Source: Patellaria atrata CBS 101060
Lineage: Eukaryota
Direction of reading: 5' to 3'
Length of the DNA: 64,000 nucleotides
Assembly (NCBI GenBank): GCA_010093705.1
Contig: MU006094.1
Coordinates: forward strand, 533,550-597,549
The notes under the pieces: generated by a model
Told to the model about the DNA's origin: nothing
The model's database searches: none
What the model saw: only the letters and a program-made list of their open reading frames with translations
Shown here: positions 25,501-37,343 of the stretch, in pieces
Position numbering within the stretch: position 1 is the stretch's first letter
Layout of the letters: every line of letters begins with the position of its first letter
Made by a program: the position numbers and the translations under genes

Positions 25501-25881
25501 AAGCATGGAGCTCGCCTTCCAGCGTTATCAACGCTAGAACTTGTGCCTCCATCGCTTCCGGTCAAAGATCTCGAATCGTATTTCCGAGGTAGAATTCGAT
25601 CAGCTAACTCAATACTCAACGAGGAAAGAATAGCGAGCCGGCTGAGGGCGGTAGAGAAGGGGGAAGTGGAGGGCGCACTTTTGCTTGGAGATGGCACGAC
25701 GGGTAATGGAGGGAAAAATAGACGGGTCATCATCGGGGAAGATAGACATTGTACAGTGTGTCACAAGAGATTCGGTGGAAGTGCCATCAAAGTGTTGCCT
25801 GATAATAGCGTTGTCCATTGGGGATGCTTCAATCGCGGCGCTGGACAAGGAGCGGAAGGTCCGAGGCGAAGAGGCTGGTGA
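22525..25881 (+). CDS. VPS39: Vam6/Vps39 HOPS subunit (CNH, Vps39_1 and Vps39_2 regions), introns 22607-22655, 24168-24215, 25116-25164, 25274-25319
   Basis: Starts MLSAFTARPIVELK. Contains IVDTTLFRAYM, LIDFLHGKKLHREALELL and a C-terminal CxxC..HxxC (CTVCHKRFG...VHWGC). Confidence 0.92.
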
Positions 25882-26139
25882 GATGCGGTCTTGCATTCTT
25901 TTGCTGGCGTTAGAGATACCCATTAGAATACGATATCGCAATTCGCTGAATATATTGTTGTATGTACAATCGTCAACCTGAAGATTGTGTGAACTTGATA
26001 ATTCCGTCGTAGATTTCACGTTGCCCGTTATCCGTGATGATTTTGGCTCCTCTTCACCAGACAAAGCGAGTTCCACGAGTGACGTAACTATTCACATTGT
26101 GAGTGCGTTTGTATTTCCAAGGCAACATTTTCTGCGCAC

Positions 26140-26442
26140 TCAATCATCTTCCACAACTTCTTCTCCATAATTTTGTTCCTCTTTTGCCTCATCCAAAGCA
26201 ACGTGCCCATTTGTCGCCGAACTTGCTTTATCCTCCTCCATCTTTTGCGTCAGGAAGTCGTTGATAGAGCTCTGAAGTTGTAAGACGGAGGAACGTAGGG
26301 CTGAAAGATGGGCAACGTTGTTAGCACTCATCGGGCTGCTCGAGGGCGCCGGCGGGAGGATGTCATGGCTGAATTGTTTCGGCAAAGAAATGTTAGGTGA
26401 GGTGTACGATGCTGTTAACTGGGTTTGCGAAGAGTTGGCCAT
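26140..26442 (-). CDS. GON7: EKC/KEOPS complex subunit Gon7
   Basis: 100 aa with 'LTASYTSP', 'HLSALRSSVLQLQSSINDFLTQKMEED' and an acidic 'EEQNYGEE' tail, matching the Gon7 pattern. Confidence 0.8.
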   Translation of the reverse strand: MANSSQTQLTASYTSPNISLPKQFSHDILPPAPSSSPMSANNVAHLSALRSSVLQLQSSINDFLTQKMEEDKASSATNGHVALDEAKEEQNYGEEVVEDD

Positions 26443-26588
26443 TTCGAGAGGTTCCAGAACTTGTGGGAGAGTTCTTCCTATCGTCTAAAAATGACGGATG
26501 AGGTTGAGGCTCTTATATCTAGCAAGTTTGATAGTTCTAGCGTGGTGGTTGGCGTGGAGATCCCCTCTCTCTCCTCAGCCCTATCAAT

Positions 26589-26798
26589 ATGATGCTTGAC
26601 GAACATCTGGCGATCCAAGTCCTCCAAGTCCTCCGTGTGCCATTACATTCATTTCTCCATTGTTTACCGTCATGCTGGCCATGATCCATATGCCCATACC
26701 ATCGACTCTTATTAACCGTTGAAGGGTTGCTAACTTTCAAAGCTCGAGGCCTCCCACGGACAGCTCAAGTACCTCAACCATCAAAGCCTCCATCATGA
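26589..26798 (+). promoter_or_regulatory. Candidate spliced upstream ORF (33 codons, ends PPS*) whose stop overlaps the HbrB ATG; leader intron 26635-26742
   Basis: ATGATG at 26589, donor GTGTGC at 26635, branch GCTAAC at 26729, acceptor AAG at 26742. The spliced frame ends AAG CCT CCA TCA TGA (TGA 26796-26798). Confidence 0.45.
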
Positions 26799-29326
26799 AC
26801 CCAAAACCGAAATCTACCTCGCCTTCAAAGGCATTGAAATCACCTATCACTTTTTCCGCAAATTCTACGAGCGGCACGCAATCCCCTTCCATTCAGACCC
26901 GCCATAGAGCTGCATCCACCGACGATAGCGAATCATCCGATTCATCACAGCTAACTCCACTCTCTATTCCCCGCGCTCCCTACATACATCCACCCAGCTC
27001 CCGCGGATCCCCTTCTTCAAACACGGGCAGTACAACAAACCTTCCCAACTTCTCGCGTCCAGCACCACCGCGTTCTTCGAACGATCTGCCCCTCCGTGCC
27101 AATTCCCCAGCAGTTCCGCAAGGGTCACACATAGGTCACAGACCGCGACAGCACTCTCAAGGTTTCTTTGAACCTACTCTTCCCTCCACATCAGCAGCGA
27201 GTCCTAGCCAGATGTCGAATCTGACAGCTTCTCAAATCGCGGCGCAAGCTGCTATGCATGTGCAAAACAATCAGCACATGCGCAAACGATCTCAGACTAT
27301 ACCTGAGCCTGGCGCAACCCATGCGCCTCCTACTAGTCGACGTCACCCACCCTCCAATGCTACTTCCCCTCCATTGCCCTCTCAGCAGAGTCTAGCACCA
27401 GGTTCAAATTCAGGATTACAATATCAGAATGGCATTGTTGGAGGGCATAGAGTTGCTGCAACAGCAGCGGCCAACGTTGTATTTCCAAGGAGTCCATTAC
27501 ATTCCCCAGGACTACAAGCAGGTTCAGAGCCACCTATCCAGACTCATTCTCCAGCTCCTGATAAGGAGCAGAAACATGGAAAAGAGAAGTCAAAGATGAA
27601 GCTATTCCATAAACCAAAGGGCATTAGCATTTCTAAAGAGAAAAGTGAATTCGATAAGAGACATCCCGCACTGCCATCCCCAAATAAGATGGGAATGCAA
27701 AGTACAGGAGCTCTATCAAGAATGATGATGAATGCTTCAACTACTAGTTTGGCCGATCCTACAATGTCAGGCGCCTCATCAATGTATTCATCTGCCAATG
27801 CTTCAACTTCAACTCTGGTACCAATTGACAGAGCTGCTACATTCGCCGTGGAGAAGGAAAAGGAGAAACACAAGCATCATTTCTTGTCGAGGCAGAAGAA
27901 AAGGGACAAGGAGGAGCACCACCATCTACCGCTCTCCTCTGCAAGCAGTACTTCTAAGCCCACAGATCCTAACGCTCCGCATCCACTATACTCTTTCGCC
28001 GCGCCATCATCTCCCGGACACGGAAGTTCGTTCGCAAAGTCAGTGAGTGGTTTTGATTTAAGACATGGCGGACGAGCACTCCGTGAGAAGAAGAAGGAGG
28101 AAAAGGCTGCATCCGCCCTTGGCCCTAGCAGTAGCAATTTGTCGATTGAAACAGCACATCGTGAGCGCAATCCATCGTTCAGTACGGATAGGAGCGACTG
28201 GCCCGGAGCAGGAAGTTTAGGCTCTGCAGGTGGGTCGTACAACCAACCCAGCAGTTATCCTTTAGAACAGTCGATGTCGCAACACAATGCTGCATCCGTT
28301 GGTGCTACGTTTGGCCTCCCAGGCATGACCCCTGACGATGCGTGGCCGTTGTTGAAGGCCAGGTTGTTGAACATCTTCGAGGGCGAAGAGCCGCGTCCAC
28401 CCATTGAGGATTTTAATGCCTTAGTATCAGTGCATATTCGACGTTGTGTCCAGCGGCGCGCACCAACGATCATCATTGAAGATTTGAATGAGCTCCTTAA
28501 CACTGGATTTTCGTCTCTCGATCAAACGTTACGTCGTGTTCCAGACGATCGTCTGATTCCTCACCTCGTCGAGATGTGGCTCGTAGTATTCACGACCATT
28601 CTTCCATTTCTTCAAGCCGTCTTTCTGCCTCTCGATCTTGAATTTAAGGGACGTGGCTCCATCATGGGTCCCCGCGAAGCCGCTGATTTCTGGGGTGGCA
28701 CCCTCCCTGAAAGCGACGGTAGTAATGGGAACATCCCTTCACTAGGCGAGTCGCTAGACGTTCGTCGCATCACCCTGATAACCTTCCGTGACACAGTGAT
28801 CTTACCTCGTAACGACACCCTTGTGGCCATCTTCTCACGCCTATCCCTGGACAATCTCAGCGCAGGTCTCAACGAGGACCCCAGAAATGGTGCCACCGTC
28901 ACTAGTGTACGACCGGGGACGGCACATTCAACGGATCCAACTCCCTCGTCCTTCAACTCTCAAGCTTCGACCCTTCTGGATAGCGGCGCAAATTCCTCCG
29001 GACCGTCTCTTGGTGCCCGTTCCCGCGCGACTTCGAACACGTCTGCAGGCTCATTCCATAGCATCGGCTCTCCACCACCACCTTTACCCGGCCCGGCACC
29101 CATGGATTCGGCAAAAGTTACGGAGATGGTCGGTAGGATGTTGCAGTGTGTTAGCGTGCTGGCTAGTGTGCAGAGCGGCGATGAGAGTCAGGTCAAGATG
29201 GAAAGATTGACGAAGGAGCTGAAGCATAATTGGTTGGGTAGAGGTAGGACGGGAAGACAGAGACAAGGTTTCGTTGGAACCAGACTCCCCAGGGGTCAGA
29301 CCGGGATGGGAGCTGGCGTTCTTTAG
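26795..29326 (+). CDS. HbrB-domain protein (Bit61/PRR5-like TORC2-associated)
   Basis: 843-aa ORF with a long Ser/Pro-rich N-terminus, then 'DDAWPLLKARLLNIFEGE..PIEDFNALV', 'LPFLQAVFLPLD', 'FRDTVILP' and 'RMLQCVSVL'. Confidence 0.82.
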   Translation: MNPKPKSTSPSKALKSPITFSANSTSGTQSPSIQTRHRAASTDDSESSDSSQLTPLSIPRAPYIHPPSSRGSPSSNTGSTTNLPNFSRPAPPRSSNDLPLRANSPAVPQGSHIGHRPRQHSQGFFEPTLPSTSAASPSQMSNLTASQIAAQAAMHVQNNQHMRKRSQTIPEPGATHAPPTSRRHPPSNATSPPLPSQQSLAPGSNSGLQYQNGIVGGHRVAATAAANVVFPRSPLHSPGLQAGSEPPIQTHSPAPDKEQKHGKEKSKMKLFHKPKGISISKEKSEFDKRHPALPSPNKMGMQSTGALSRMMMNASTTSLADPTMSGASSMYSSANASTSTLVPIDRAATFAVEKEKEKHKHHFLSRQKKRDKEEHHHLPLSSASSTSKPTDPNAPHPLYSFAAPSSPGHGSSFAKSVSGFDLRHGGRALREKKKEEKAASALGPSSSNLSIETAHRERNPSFSTDRSDWPGAGSLGSAGGSYNQPSSYPLEQSMSQHNAASVGATFGLPGMTPDDAWPLLKARLLNIFEGEEPRPPIEDFNALVSVHIRRCVQRRAPTIIIEDLNELLNTGFSSLDQTLRRVPDDRLIPHLVEMWLVVFTTILPFLQAVFLPLDLEFKGRGSIMGPREAADFWGGTLPESDGSNGNIPSLGESLDVRRITLITFRDTVILPRNDTLVAIFSRLSLDNLSAGLNEDPRNGATVTSVRPGTAHSTDPTPSSFNSQASTLLDSGANSSGPSLGARSRATSNTSAGSFHSIGSPPPPLPGPAPMDSAKVTEMVGRMLQCVSVLASVQSGDESQVKMERLTKELKHNWLGRGRTGRQRQGFVGTRLPRGQTGMGAGVL

Positions 29327-30002
29327 GTGCTGACTGCTGGAGTAGGTTCATGATCTTGTTGGATGGGAGGATTTTGGCATCTTGGGCATGGTTCTCTTTC
29401 GGATTTTGTACAGTAGGAATCTAAGGAGCGAGGAGTATGGTGCATTGGCTGGTTGGAAGCCATAAAAGGGATATCATCAAGGTTGGATTAGGCGTGCATG
29501 GAGTCGGCATTATGAATGCACAATCGACTGCGTTCAGGCAGTGCGGCGTAGTCTCATATAACCCCTTTTGGGGTTCTGCTTTCAACTGTACTATAGGCCT
29601 ACACGGCAAATGAAAAGTTGGTAAAGAGCATAAAGAGCGTCGGTTAGCATCTTTTGATATTCTTATGGTGCGGGATATGGCCACGAGGCACATCGGGGGC
29701 CATTGGACCGTACGTACTCTATAGTACGATCGATATGGTAATGTCTGGTTCTTTTGATACCATCCCTCCGCATTTGAAATTGGATATTAAGTTGTACTAG
29801 GAGCTACCTCGCCACACCCTTCGAAGTATTACTCTCAGCAACCGTTTATTTTGTCCCCTAACGGATATTCTGCCGACAAACGGTATGGAAGTCGGGCCGA
29901 TATATATCTCGTCAGTTTCGGGAACAGGGATAGCAGATACGACTCAAACAAATCCAAGCCGATCTCGGCCAAACACCCCATCCCAATCCTCCCTCTAACC
30001 CC

Positions 30003-31518
30003 CTATTCCAAACTCAACACAACCCTCCCCTCCAACATCCCCCTCTCCATCTCCTCAAAAACGCCCGTCAGCCCCTCCATCCTCTCCTCTCTAACCCTAA
30101 CCTCCACAACGCCCCTAGCCGCAAACCCAAGCACCTCGTCCGCCTCCCTCCTCCCACCAACCGCACACCCAACAACACTCAACTCCCTCGCCACCACAGA
30201 CACCGGCACACACCCCCTCACCGGCTTTCCCTCCCCCTCGGGCACACCGACACACACGACCCGGCCGCCAAACCGCAACATCCCTACCGCGCCATCGTAC
30301 GCGGCGTCCGCCCCCGCGAGCACCAGCACAGCCCTGACGCCCACCCCACCATCCGACGCCCCCCTAACCGCGCCCACGACATCAGGCGCCGTGTGCGCGA
30401 CGAAGGCCTCGGCGCCGCTGGCCACGCTGATCCCGCGCTTGGACTCGGCGTCGACGGCTACGACGCGTAGCCCCATCCCGCGGGTGGCGAGTTGCACCGC
30501 GATGTGCCCGAGCCCGCCGCCGGAGCCGAGGATCGCGATTTGGTCGCCGGCGCGCGCGCCGCTCTTGCGGAGGGCGCTGTAGGCGGTCAGGCCGGCGCAG
30601 AGGAAGGGTGCCGCGAGTTGGGAGGGGAGGCAGGCTGGGATCGGGGTTACGTAGGAGGCCGACGAGATGAGGTATTGGGCGAAGGTGCCGGGGTGGTGGT
30701 AGCCGGAGATTTTTTGCCTGAGAGGGGGGGGGTTGGGGGTTAGTGGTTGGGTGGTTGGAAGGCTATGAAAAGGAGAGAGGGGGGGAGGGGTGTTACTTGA
30801 AGCAGTTTGCGTCGTGGCCTTCTCTGCATGCAGCTGTAGTTGGGTTATCTCGTTCGTCAGCGTTGTATTCTGTCTTTCTAGTCTTGTTTCTTTTCTGTAT
30901 TCTTATCCTCCTTTTTCTTTTCCCTTCTTTTCATTACTCCCACTCTACTCTAGCCTATGGGAACAGACCCTCTTTATCCTCTATCCAGTTCTCAACCCGG
31001 AGGGAGCGGAACTCACCGCAGTTATCGCAGATACTTGCAACCCACTTCACACCCACCCTAGCCCCAACTTTGACACCGGATCTCTCACACCCCGGACCGA
31101 GTTTGACAACCTTGCCGACTCCCTCGTGGCCGCCGACTTGACCCGCCGGCGTGGGATAAGGTAGTGCGGGCCAGGAGTTGGTCATGATGCCGAGGTCGCT
31201 GTGGCAGACGCCGGAGTGTGTTCTGAGGCAAGACAAAACGTTAACTACGTTGGTCCTCGGGGAATCGGGAAAGTATGCTAACTCCTGGGGACGGGGGGAA
31301 ATTCGGGATGGATGAGGTCTGGTTTGGGGGTTTCAAAGGGGCTTCTTGGGACAAGGAAAGAGAAGGAGAAGTGAAGTATACAGGTTGATCAACACCTCGC
31401 CCATCCCTGGCTCCGGCGTCTCGAGCTCGACGACCTTGGTCGATATCGTGCCGGGCTTGTCGTAAACGACCGCTTTATACGTCTTCGGGATCTTGATCTC
31501 GGCCTCCGCATCCGCCAT
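30003..31518 (-). CDS. Zinc-dependent alcohol dehydrogenase (MDR family), 4 exons (31518-31382, 31222-31017, 30833-30797, 30717-30003)
   Basis: HSGVCHSD, GGHEGVG, structural Zn site CDNCAACREGHDANC across a 37-nt exon, APFLCAGLT and GSGGGLG. Confidence 0.92.
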
Positions 31519-32129
31519 CTTGGAAAGAAAATGACCGGTCTGGGGAATTTTCACTTGAAATAAAATGAAAAGAGGAAGGAAGAAAGTGGGGAGAATAGAA
31601 AGCGAATGGTAAAATAGAGATGGATCCGGATATCCCCTTTTCATTTATACCTAACATTTCTCTCTCTGTGTCTCCTCCCCTCTTTGCCGTTACGATATTC
31701 GTACATGTGCTACATGTGTACTACGTCTGAGCTACGTGAAGCTGATGGTGATCAAGACGCAACTAACGCCCATGTTGCACTTGTGAACTACTCGGCAGGT
31801 GTAAAACTACTCACAGCCCGCTACAGATGCGGGGAAGCTTGGGGTTGACTCATTCTTTGCTACGGGAGTGCTAAAAGCCGCGGCATCGATTCTTGCTCAA
31901 TATCTACATATCGGATATGGATGTGGCGATATGTGTTGACGTAAGTAGTGAATTTGGAGTGCTCAAAGGTTGATGATGCAGACTGTAAATCACTGGGGTA
32001 TGTAGTGAGAGGAGTAGTACAGCTATATTCCTTATAGGATGTTGTGCAGTAGTATCCCAAAGGGATAAATAGTTCATTAGATTCATTGTAAGACGCTAAA
32101 GCAACAACTGGAATTCAGACCCGACCGAA

Positions 32130-33465
32130 TTAGAAATCCATGCCCATGAGATAGCTGTCATATCATCAGATTTAGTCAACCTAGGGGGAAATGTCGCACT
32201 TACCTTTCCGTTATATGCATATACTTCGTAACAAAAGCTTCTAGATGAAAGATAACTTTCTACATGGAGATTGTACATTAGCCAACGTTTCTAGGGAAAT
32301 TTGGGTAGGCTATAAGTCGAACTTACGCTACCTAGTCGTATCCTATGCTCGTAGAATGCCGACCACTTGACGATGTCGGCCTTTAATGCATCGTCTGATT
32401 TTGCTATGAGCTTGAATGTAAGAGTCTATCAATAATTAGCAAAGTCTCGCACATGAATACGTTCATTTCTCACTTTAAGAATCGTAGTCGGCGGTATGCA
32501 GTGCACCAATAGATCATACAGCTTCGACCTAACCACCAATATCCTGGCAGGTGTATGTTCCTCAATCATATCCTTCGCGATCTGTTCAATAAGCGCCTCC
32601 CAATCTGGCGGCGGTATGGGAGTCTTCTCATTCACATTTTCGCTGTTCCAAGTCAGCCTCGTCCTCTCTCTTAGCCCCTTTCTACAATCACTCACTTCTG
32701 CGCATAAACCGCCTCAAACATCAACAATGCTCGCCTCAAATTTCTCCCACTCTCCTTCGCAATCCTCTTATTAAGTGCATCCACCAGCTTATATTTTTCC
32801 TTTTGCCCGACCTTATTCAGCACCTTAACGATATCCTCCTCGCTCGGCGCCGCAACCCTCACCAACAACGTCCTACTCCTGATCGGCGCGATGATATTAC
32901 TCGTACTGTTCGCCAGCAAGATCAACCTCAGATTCGGACTATACTTCTCCATGGTCCTCCTAAGCGCAGCTTGCGCATCTCTTGTCAAATGATCTGCCTC
33001 GTTAATCACCACGACCTTAAACCTCTGCTTCGCCCCCAGGTCGACCTGCTGCGTCTGCGCGACTTCTTTCAGCAAGTCTTGTATGACGACGCGGTCATAG
33101 TTCCCGACATCTGACGGTGTGATCTCGAGGTGGTACACCGAAGCCACGATGTTGAACTCGAGTTTGCGGTTCGACGTCGTTTGGAAAACTCGGGAGTCGA
33201 TTTTGATCTTTTCGACGCCCGGTCCATACAGCTCTTTTAGCGTAGCGACGATACGTGTCTTTTTGCCCGCACCGCTGGGGCCGTATACGAGGAGGTGGGG
33301 GAAGTCGCCGCTCTGTGCCTATGGTTTGTACGTTAGGAACTTGATGGTTAGTGGGTGGAATTTGGGGGTTTTCTTTACGAGAGCTCGTAAACGCTCTGAG
33401 AGATCTTCATGGTAACTGAGAGCGTCTAGATTTCGGGGACGGTGTTTATCTACTAGCAATGCCAT
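32130..33465 (-). CDS. RFC5: Replication factor C subunit 5 (clamp loader), multi-exon
   Basis: MALLVDKHRP start, YGPSGAGKKT Walker A, VINEAD, AQAALRRTMEKY, IRSR, RNLRRALL and KVIFHLEAF. The last exon reads YLMGMDF*. Confidence 0.95.
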
Positions 33466-34005
33466 TGTGATCGAGATGTGAGTTTTGGGTTGTAGTGTTG
33501 AGAGCTCTCGGACGGGAGACGCGTTTTCGCGTTAAGTGGTTATGACTAAGCAGGCTGTTCTACGAGCCAATATCAGACTATATGAACAAGCAGAACAAAG
33601 AACACAATCACTTTCAATTTAAAAGTCAATCTCTGGAAAAGCCGTTTTTAGTTAAAAAGTATCGATATGCAAGATACATCATTGAAATTTACGTCTTAAG
33701 TTGAGTGTTCCCAATCCAACTAGTTTCCTCAGCAACCGTGAACCTAGCTAACAGGTAAGAGGATCGACAATAAAAACTATAACGTTCTATTTATTCCTCT
33801 ATCCTATCTTCACGACGCTTGCTCAAGAAAATTGAAAGAAAATATGGGAGATCTAAACTGTACTCATTCCCCCATTCTAGCCAGGCATAATTACTCAATT
33901 ATACCCGCCGGTTCTTTTTTTCTTTTCTTTGACTTATCCTCTATCTTACAAATTATTCCCCATGTCTCCCTCCCTATTATACTCTATCCCTTCTCCCCAA
34001 ACCCC

Positions 34006-34514
34006 CTACGCACCCACCCCACTTCCCGGCGGATACCCCTGCACCGTCCTCGACTTCCCAGCATCCGTACTCCTTTCTCCACCATCCTCCCTATCCTCAT
34101 GATCCGCCGCACCCTCAAACCCCGTCCCAGTGCTCCCTCCGACATCCGAGTCCCTGATCGATTCCGCGTTGGACACATTCTGTGCCGTCACATCGCCAGA
34201 TCCTGATGATTGGGTTTTCGAAGCGGGGGTGGAGGTATCTGCGGGATCTATTGGGGGGTGTTAGCTTTGAGGAAATGTAGTTAGGAACATGGGTAGAGTG
34301 TATGGAAAGGAGCGAGGGAGGATCGGGGTCAGGGAGATATACCGCCAAGCTGACCGTGTTCTTTCTTGTGGAGTATCGTGTGTTGTTTTATGGATTCGTA
34401 TCTAGCGTCATTAGTCTTCTGATTCTACAGCTTTGAGGTTTGTAGGAGTGGCTGTGGAGGGTCACACTGGGTCTGCTCGCCTCCCGGTTCGGTATCCATG
34501 AGGTTGGAGGACAT
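34006..34514 (-). CDS. Small hydrophilic hypothetical protein (111 aa), 3 exons (34514-34468, 34401-34355, 34247-34006)
   Basis: Two GT-AG introns with CTAAT/CTAAC branch sites join one frame: MSSNLMDTEPGGEQTQYESIK...QGYPPGSGVGA*. Confidence 0.6.
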
Positions 34515-35286
34515 TGTGGTTTGGTGTGTGAGGAGTGTTTAGTTTGATAGAGGTTCTATAATGCAATTGATCTGTTTGGAAGGGATTTGGGAGTATTTGG
34601 GCGTAAGATGTGTGTAGAATTGGTGTTGGGTGTGCATGGGGATGATAGGTAATAAATGGTGGGGTAGCTTGGGATGAGCATCCAGGCACAACTGTACGTC
34701 ACAGCTACTCAACATTTTGGGTCTTTCTGATACGGCAGGTGGACAAAATGACTTTTACTGATCTCGGACTAAGTCGATTGGGAGTTTAATGTTTGAGGAA
34801 ATTCTTCAATTCCAATATTGTGGGCACTACGCTCATTTTGGTTTGGCTTTAATTCCAATTTTGTAAGGTGATGATACAGTAGATATTGACTATGCTGAGT
34901 CGTTGTCAAGCAGTATAGTGCTGGTTGGTAGCCAGTCAGTTTCCCTGCAGCAACCTTGAGAAGAAGGAAAAACTCCAAACAGTGACCCCCTCCAAGGAGA
35001 ATGGAAAGTCAAGTTGCAAAGGAGTGAATGGTAGCACGGTAATGATACAAATAAATAGCCAACCAAATGAAATGACCAGCCCAGTCAACAAGAATTCAGA
35101 AAGGGATATCATTGGAAAAAAAATCTAGGGTTATACGAAAAATAGAAGCAGACAAGCCTACAACACAAGCAGCGCCTTGATAGAAGTACCGAGTAAATCG
35201 AATTTTGGTAACGACGGGTAGGTGATTTCGGCCATTAAAATACTCATAAAATCGCCTGAATAATACGACTTTTGTCCCTCGTTGGT

Positions 35287-37343
35287 TCAATATCGAGCAG
35301 GAGGTGGAGGATATCCGCTGTAGCCGCCGCTGTTACCATAACCATTATGGCCGCCAGTAGAGCCGCGATGATACTGATCATCATTATAAACACTCCGCGG
35401 AGGAACATATGATCCCGATCTTGACGCTTCTTCTTCAGCTTGTCTACGCATCCATTCAGCTCGTTTTGCTTCTGCTACCTTTTGCGATTGTCTACGGGTC
35501 TCTTCATCTAACGGCTCACTGTGCAGACCTGATGCATAGTACGTGCTGGGAATGTCTGCCACATTCGCCTCTGAACGGGTATAAGGTGCTCCATTGCCAA
35601 AGGACGGGCTGCGCTGTCGACGCCCATTGAGCATAGAGCCTGTACGATGGTGCTCTGGACCTTGTCCCGGTGCATACACTCCGCCTGTACTGGGAGGATA
35701 GCCATCCTGAGTAGCTGTAGATTTGGAGCGATGATGACGTGTAGGATTTGTGTCATTCCTCGTAGGGAGCCTAGATTTATCCTCGTAGTAGCTTGGGTCG
35801 ATTGTATCGCGAGGATCATCTCCATATACTTTGCCACCGCCGGGTTGAGCACTGTAAGGTTTCCTCTCACGCTCAATTGTAACAGCACAAGGATGGTCCT
35901 CGTCATCAGTTTCTACAGCCGAATCATGTGATCCGCTGTATGGTTTCCTTTCCCGCTCAAGGGTTACTGGTGGTGGTTGCGTTGGAGGGGGAGGTGGAAC
36001 GGATGATGGTTTTGGAAGAGGGATCGTTCCATCAACAGAAAGTGCAGAATCACATATCTGACGCGCTTGTAGGCTCGCCTGTTTCGGAAACAACCTCCTG
36101 GACAGCTCCTTAGGAAATCGCTCCTTAGAATCATCCGCGTTACTGATTGGCATATGCATGACTGCATGGGCCAACCTTTCATATTCATCCTGAGGGTATG
36201 ACTGGATAAGTATAGTCATCCATGTCTCAAACCCGGTGGGAGTCAATGCTGGAATCTGGGGAACATCTCTGGGGCCTTCTTGGATGAGGTGGTGCTCGCA
36301 TTTAAGATCACGGTATATTTTCGAGACAGTAGCGTAAGGTAATCGTGAGAAAATAGCTAGTAAAATAAGCAACATTCTGAATATTTCAATCGACCAAACT
36401 CACTTGACCAAGGATATGTCTCGTCTTGTAGTTTGGCATCCTCATAAAATTTCAGCATCTTCTGCGGAGGGATTACAAGGCTTTTCTTTGGTTCATAATC
36501 ATCGATCTGGGAAGGGTGTTAGTACTGAACCAAGCCATTCTGTAAGTAGAAAGAACCTACAATATGGATTGCTAGACCCCTGAGGAATTGTCCAAGTCGT
36601 CGAGTTGGTTGACCGTCTTCGTCAAACAGAGGTTGCCAAATCTTTTCTAAAGTCGTCATCTCTTGATCAGACATGTATTTTCTCGTAGGCGGAGGAGATG
36701 GCCTTTTATAGCTAGGCTCTGAACTGGCGTTTTTTGCCTTGCTAGTAGGTGATGTGTTGCTGTTATCCATATTCCTCCCAGTGGGTGTGGACTCATTATC
36801 TCTAGAGTGGAGGAATTGAGATGTATGAGCAGGACGTTCCGGTGACAGTGGAGTAGCCGACGCGAACTCGTGGCGTGTAGGCGATGGAGGCGTGTAGACA
36901 TTTCTAGGAGGAATTGTGGATGTGGACGCATTTGAGAGTTGAGGCGAATGCGGCTCGTTGGATGGTGCTTTCGTCTGGGTAGGACCAGATTGACTGACAC
37001 TAGAGCCTCTTAAGCTGTCTAAAACCTGTCTCTTGACCTGCTCTGAAATTTGCGCAATGATTGCTGGGTCTATAGTGCTGGCAGCGTCGCTTTTATTGAA
37101 CGCGGTGTTGACTGCATCGTAGATGGGTTGTGCCTGCTGTTGGCTGGTATCAGAGCGTACACTTGAAGCAGCCCGCGATCGTGGGCGTTTTTCGGTAGAA
37201 TATACATTATTTGCAGGATAATACTGTGATGCAGGGCTCTGGTATGTCCTTGCGTCTGGGAAGTCGTATTGTGGGTATGCTCCGGGAAGGTTTGTATTGT
37301 CGCCCTCGGGCGGGCTGTGATAGCCTTCGTGGGCCATTGTCAT
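35287..37343 (-). CDS. Conserved fungal Pro/Ser-rich protein with a central DUF7514-like domain, 3 exons
   Basis: WQPLFDEDGQPTRRLGQFLRGLA, IPALTPTGFETWM and ERFPKELSRRLFP. Introns at about 36559-36508 and 36403-36357. Confidence 0.75.

Noticed and set aside
29851..30582. 243-aa plus-strand ORF
   Set aside because: Antisense shadow of the GC-rich last ADH exon; low-complexity product with a TTG start.
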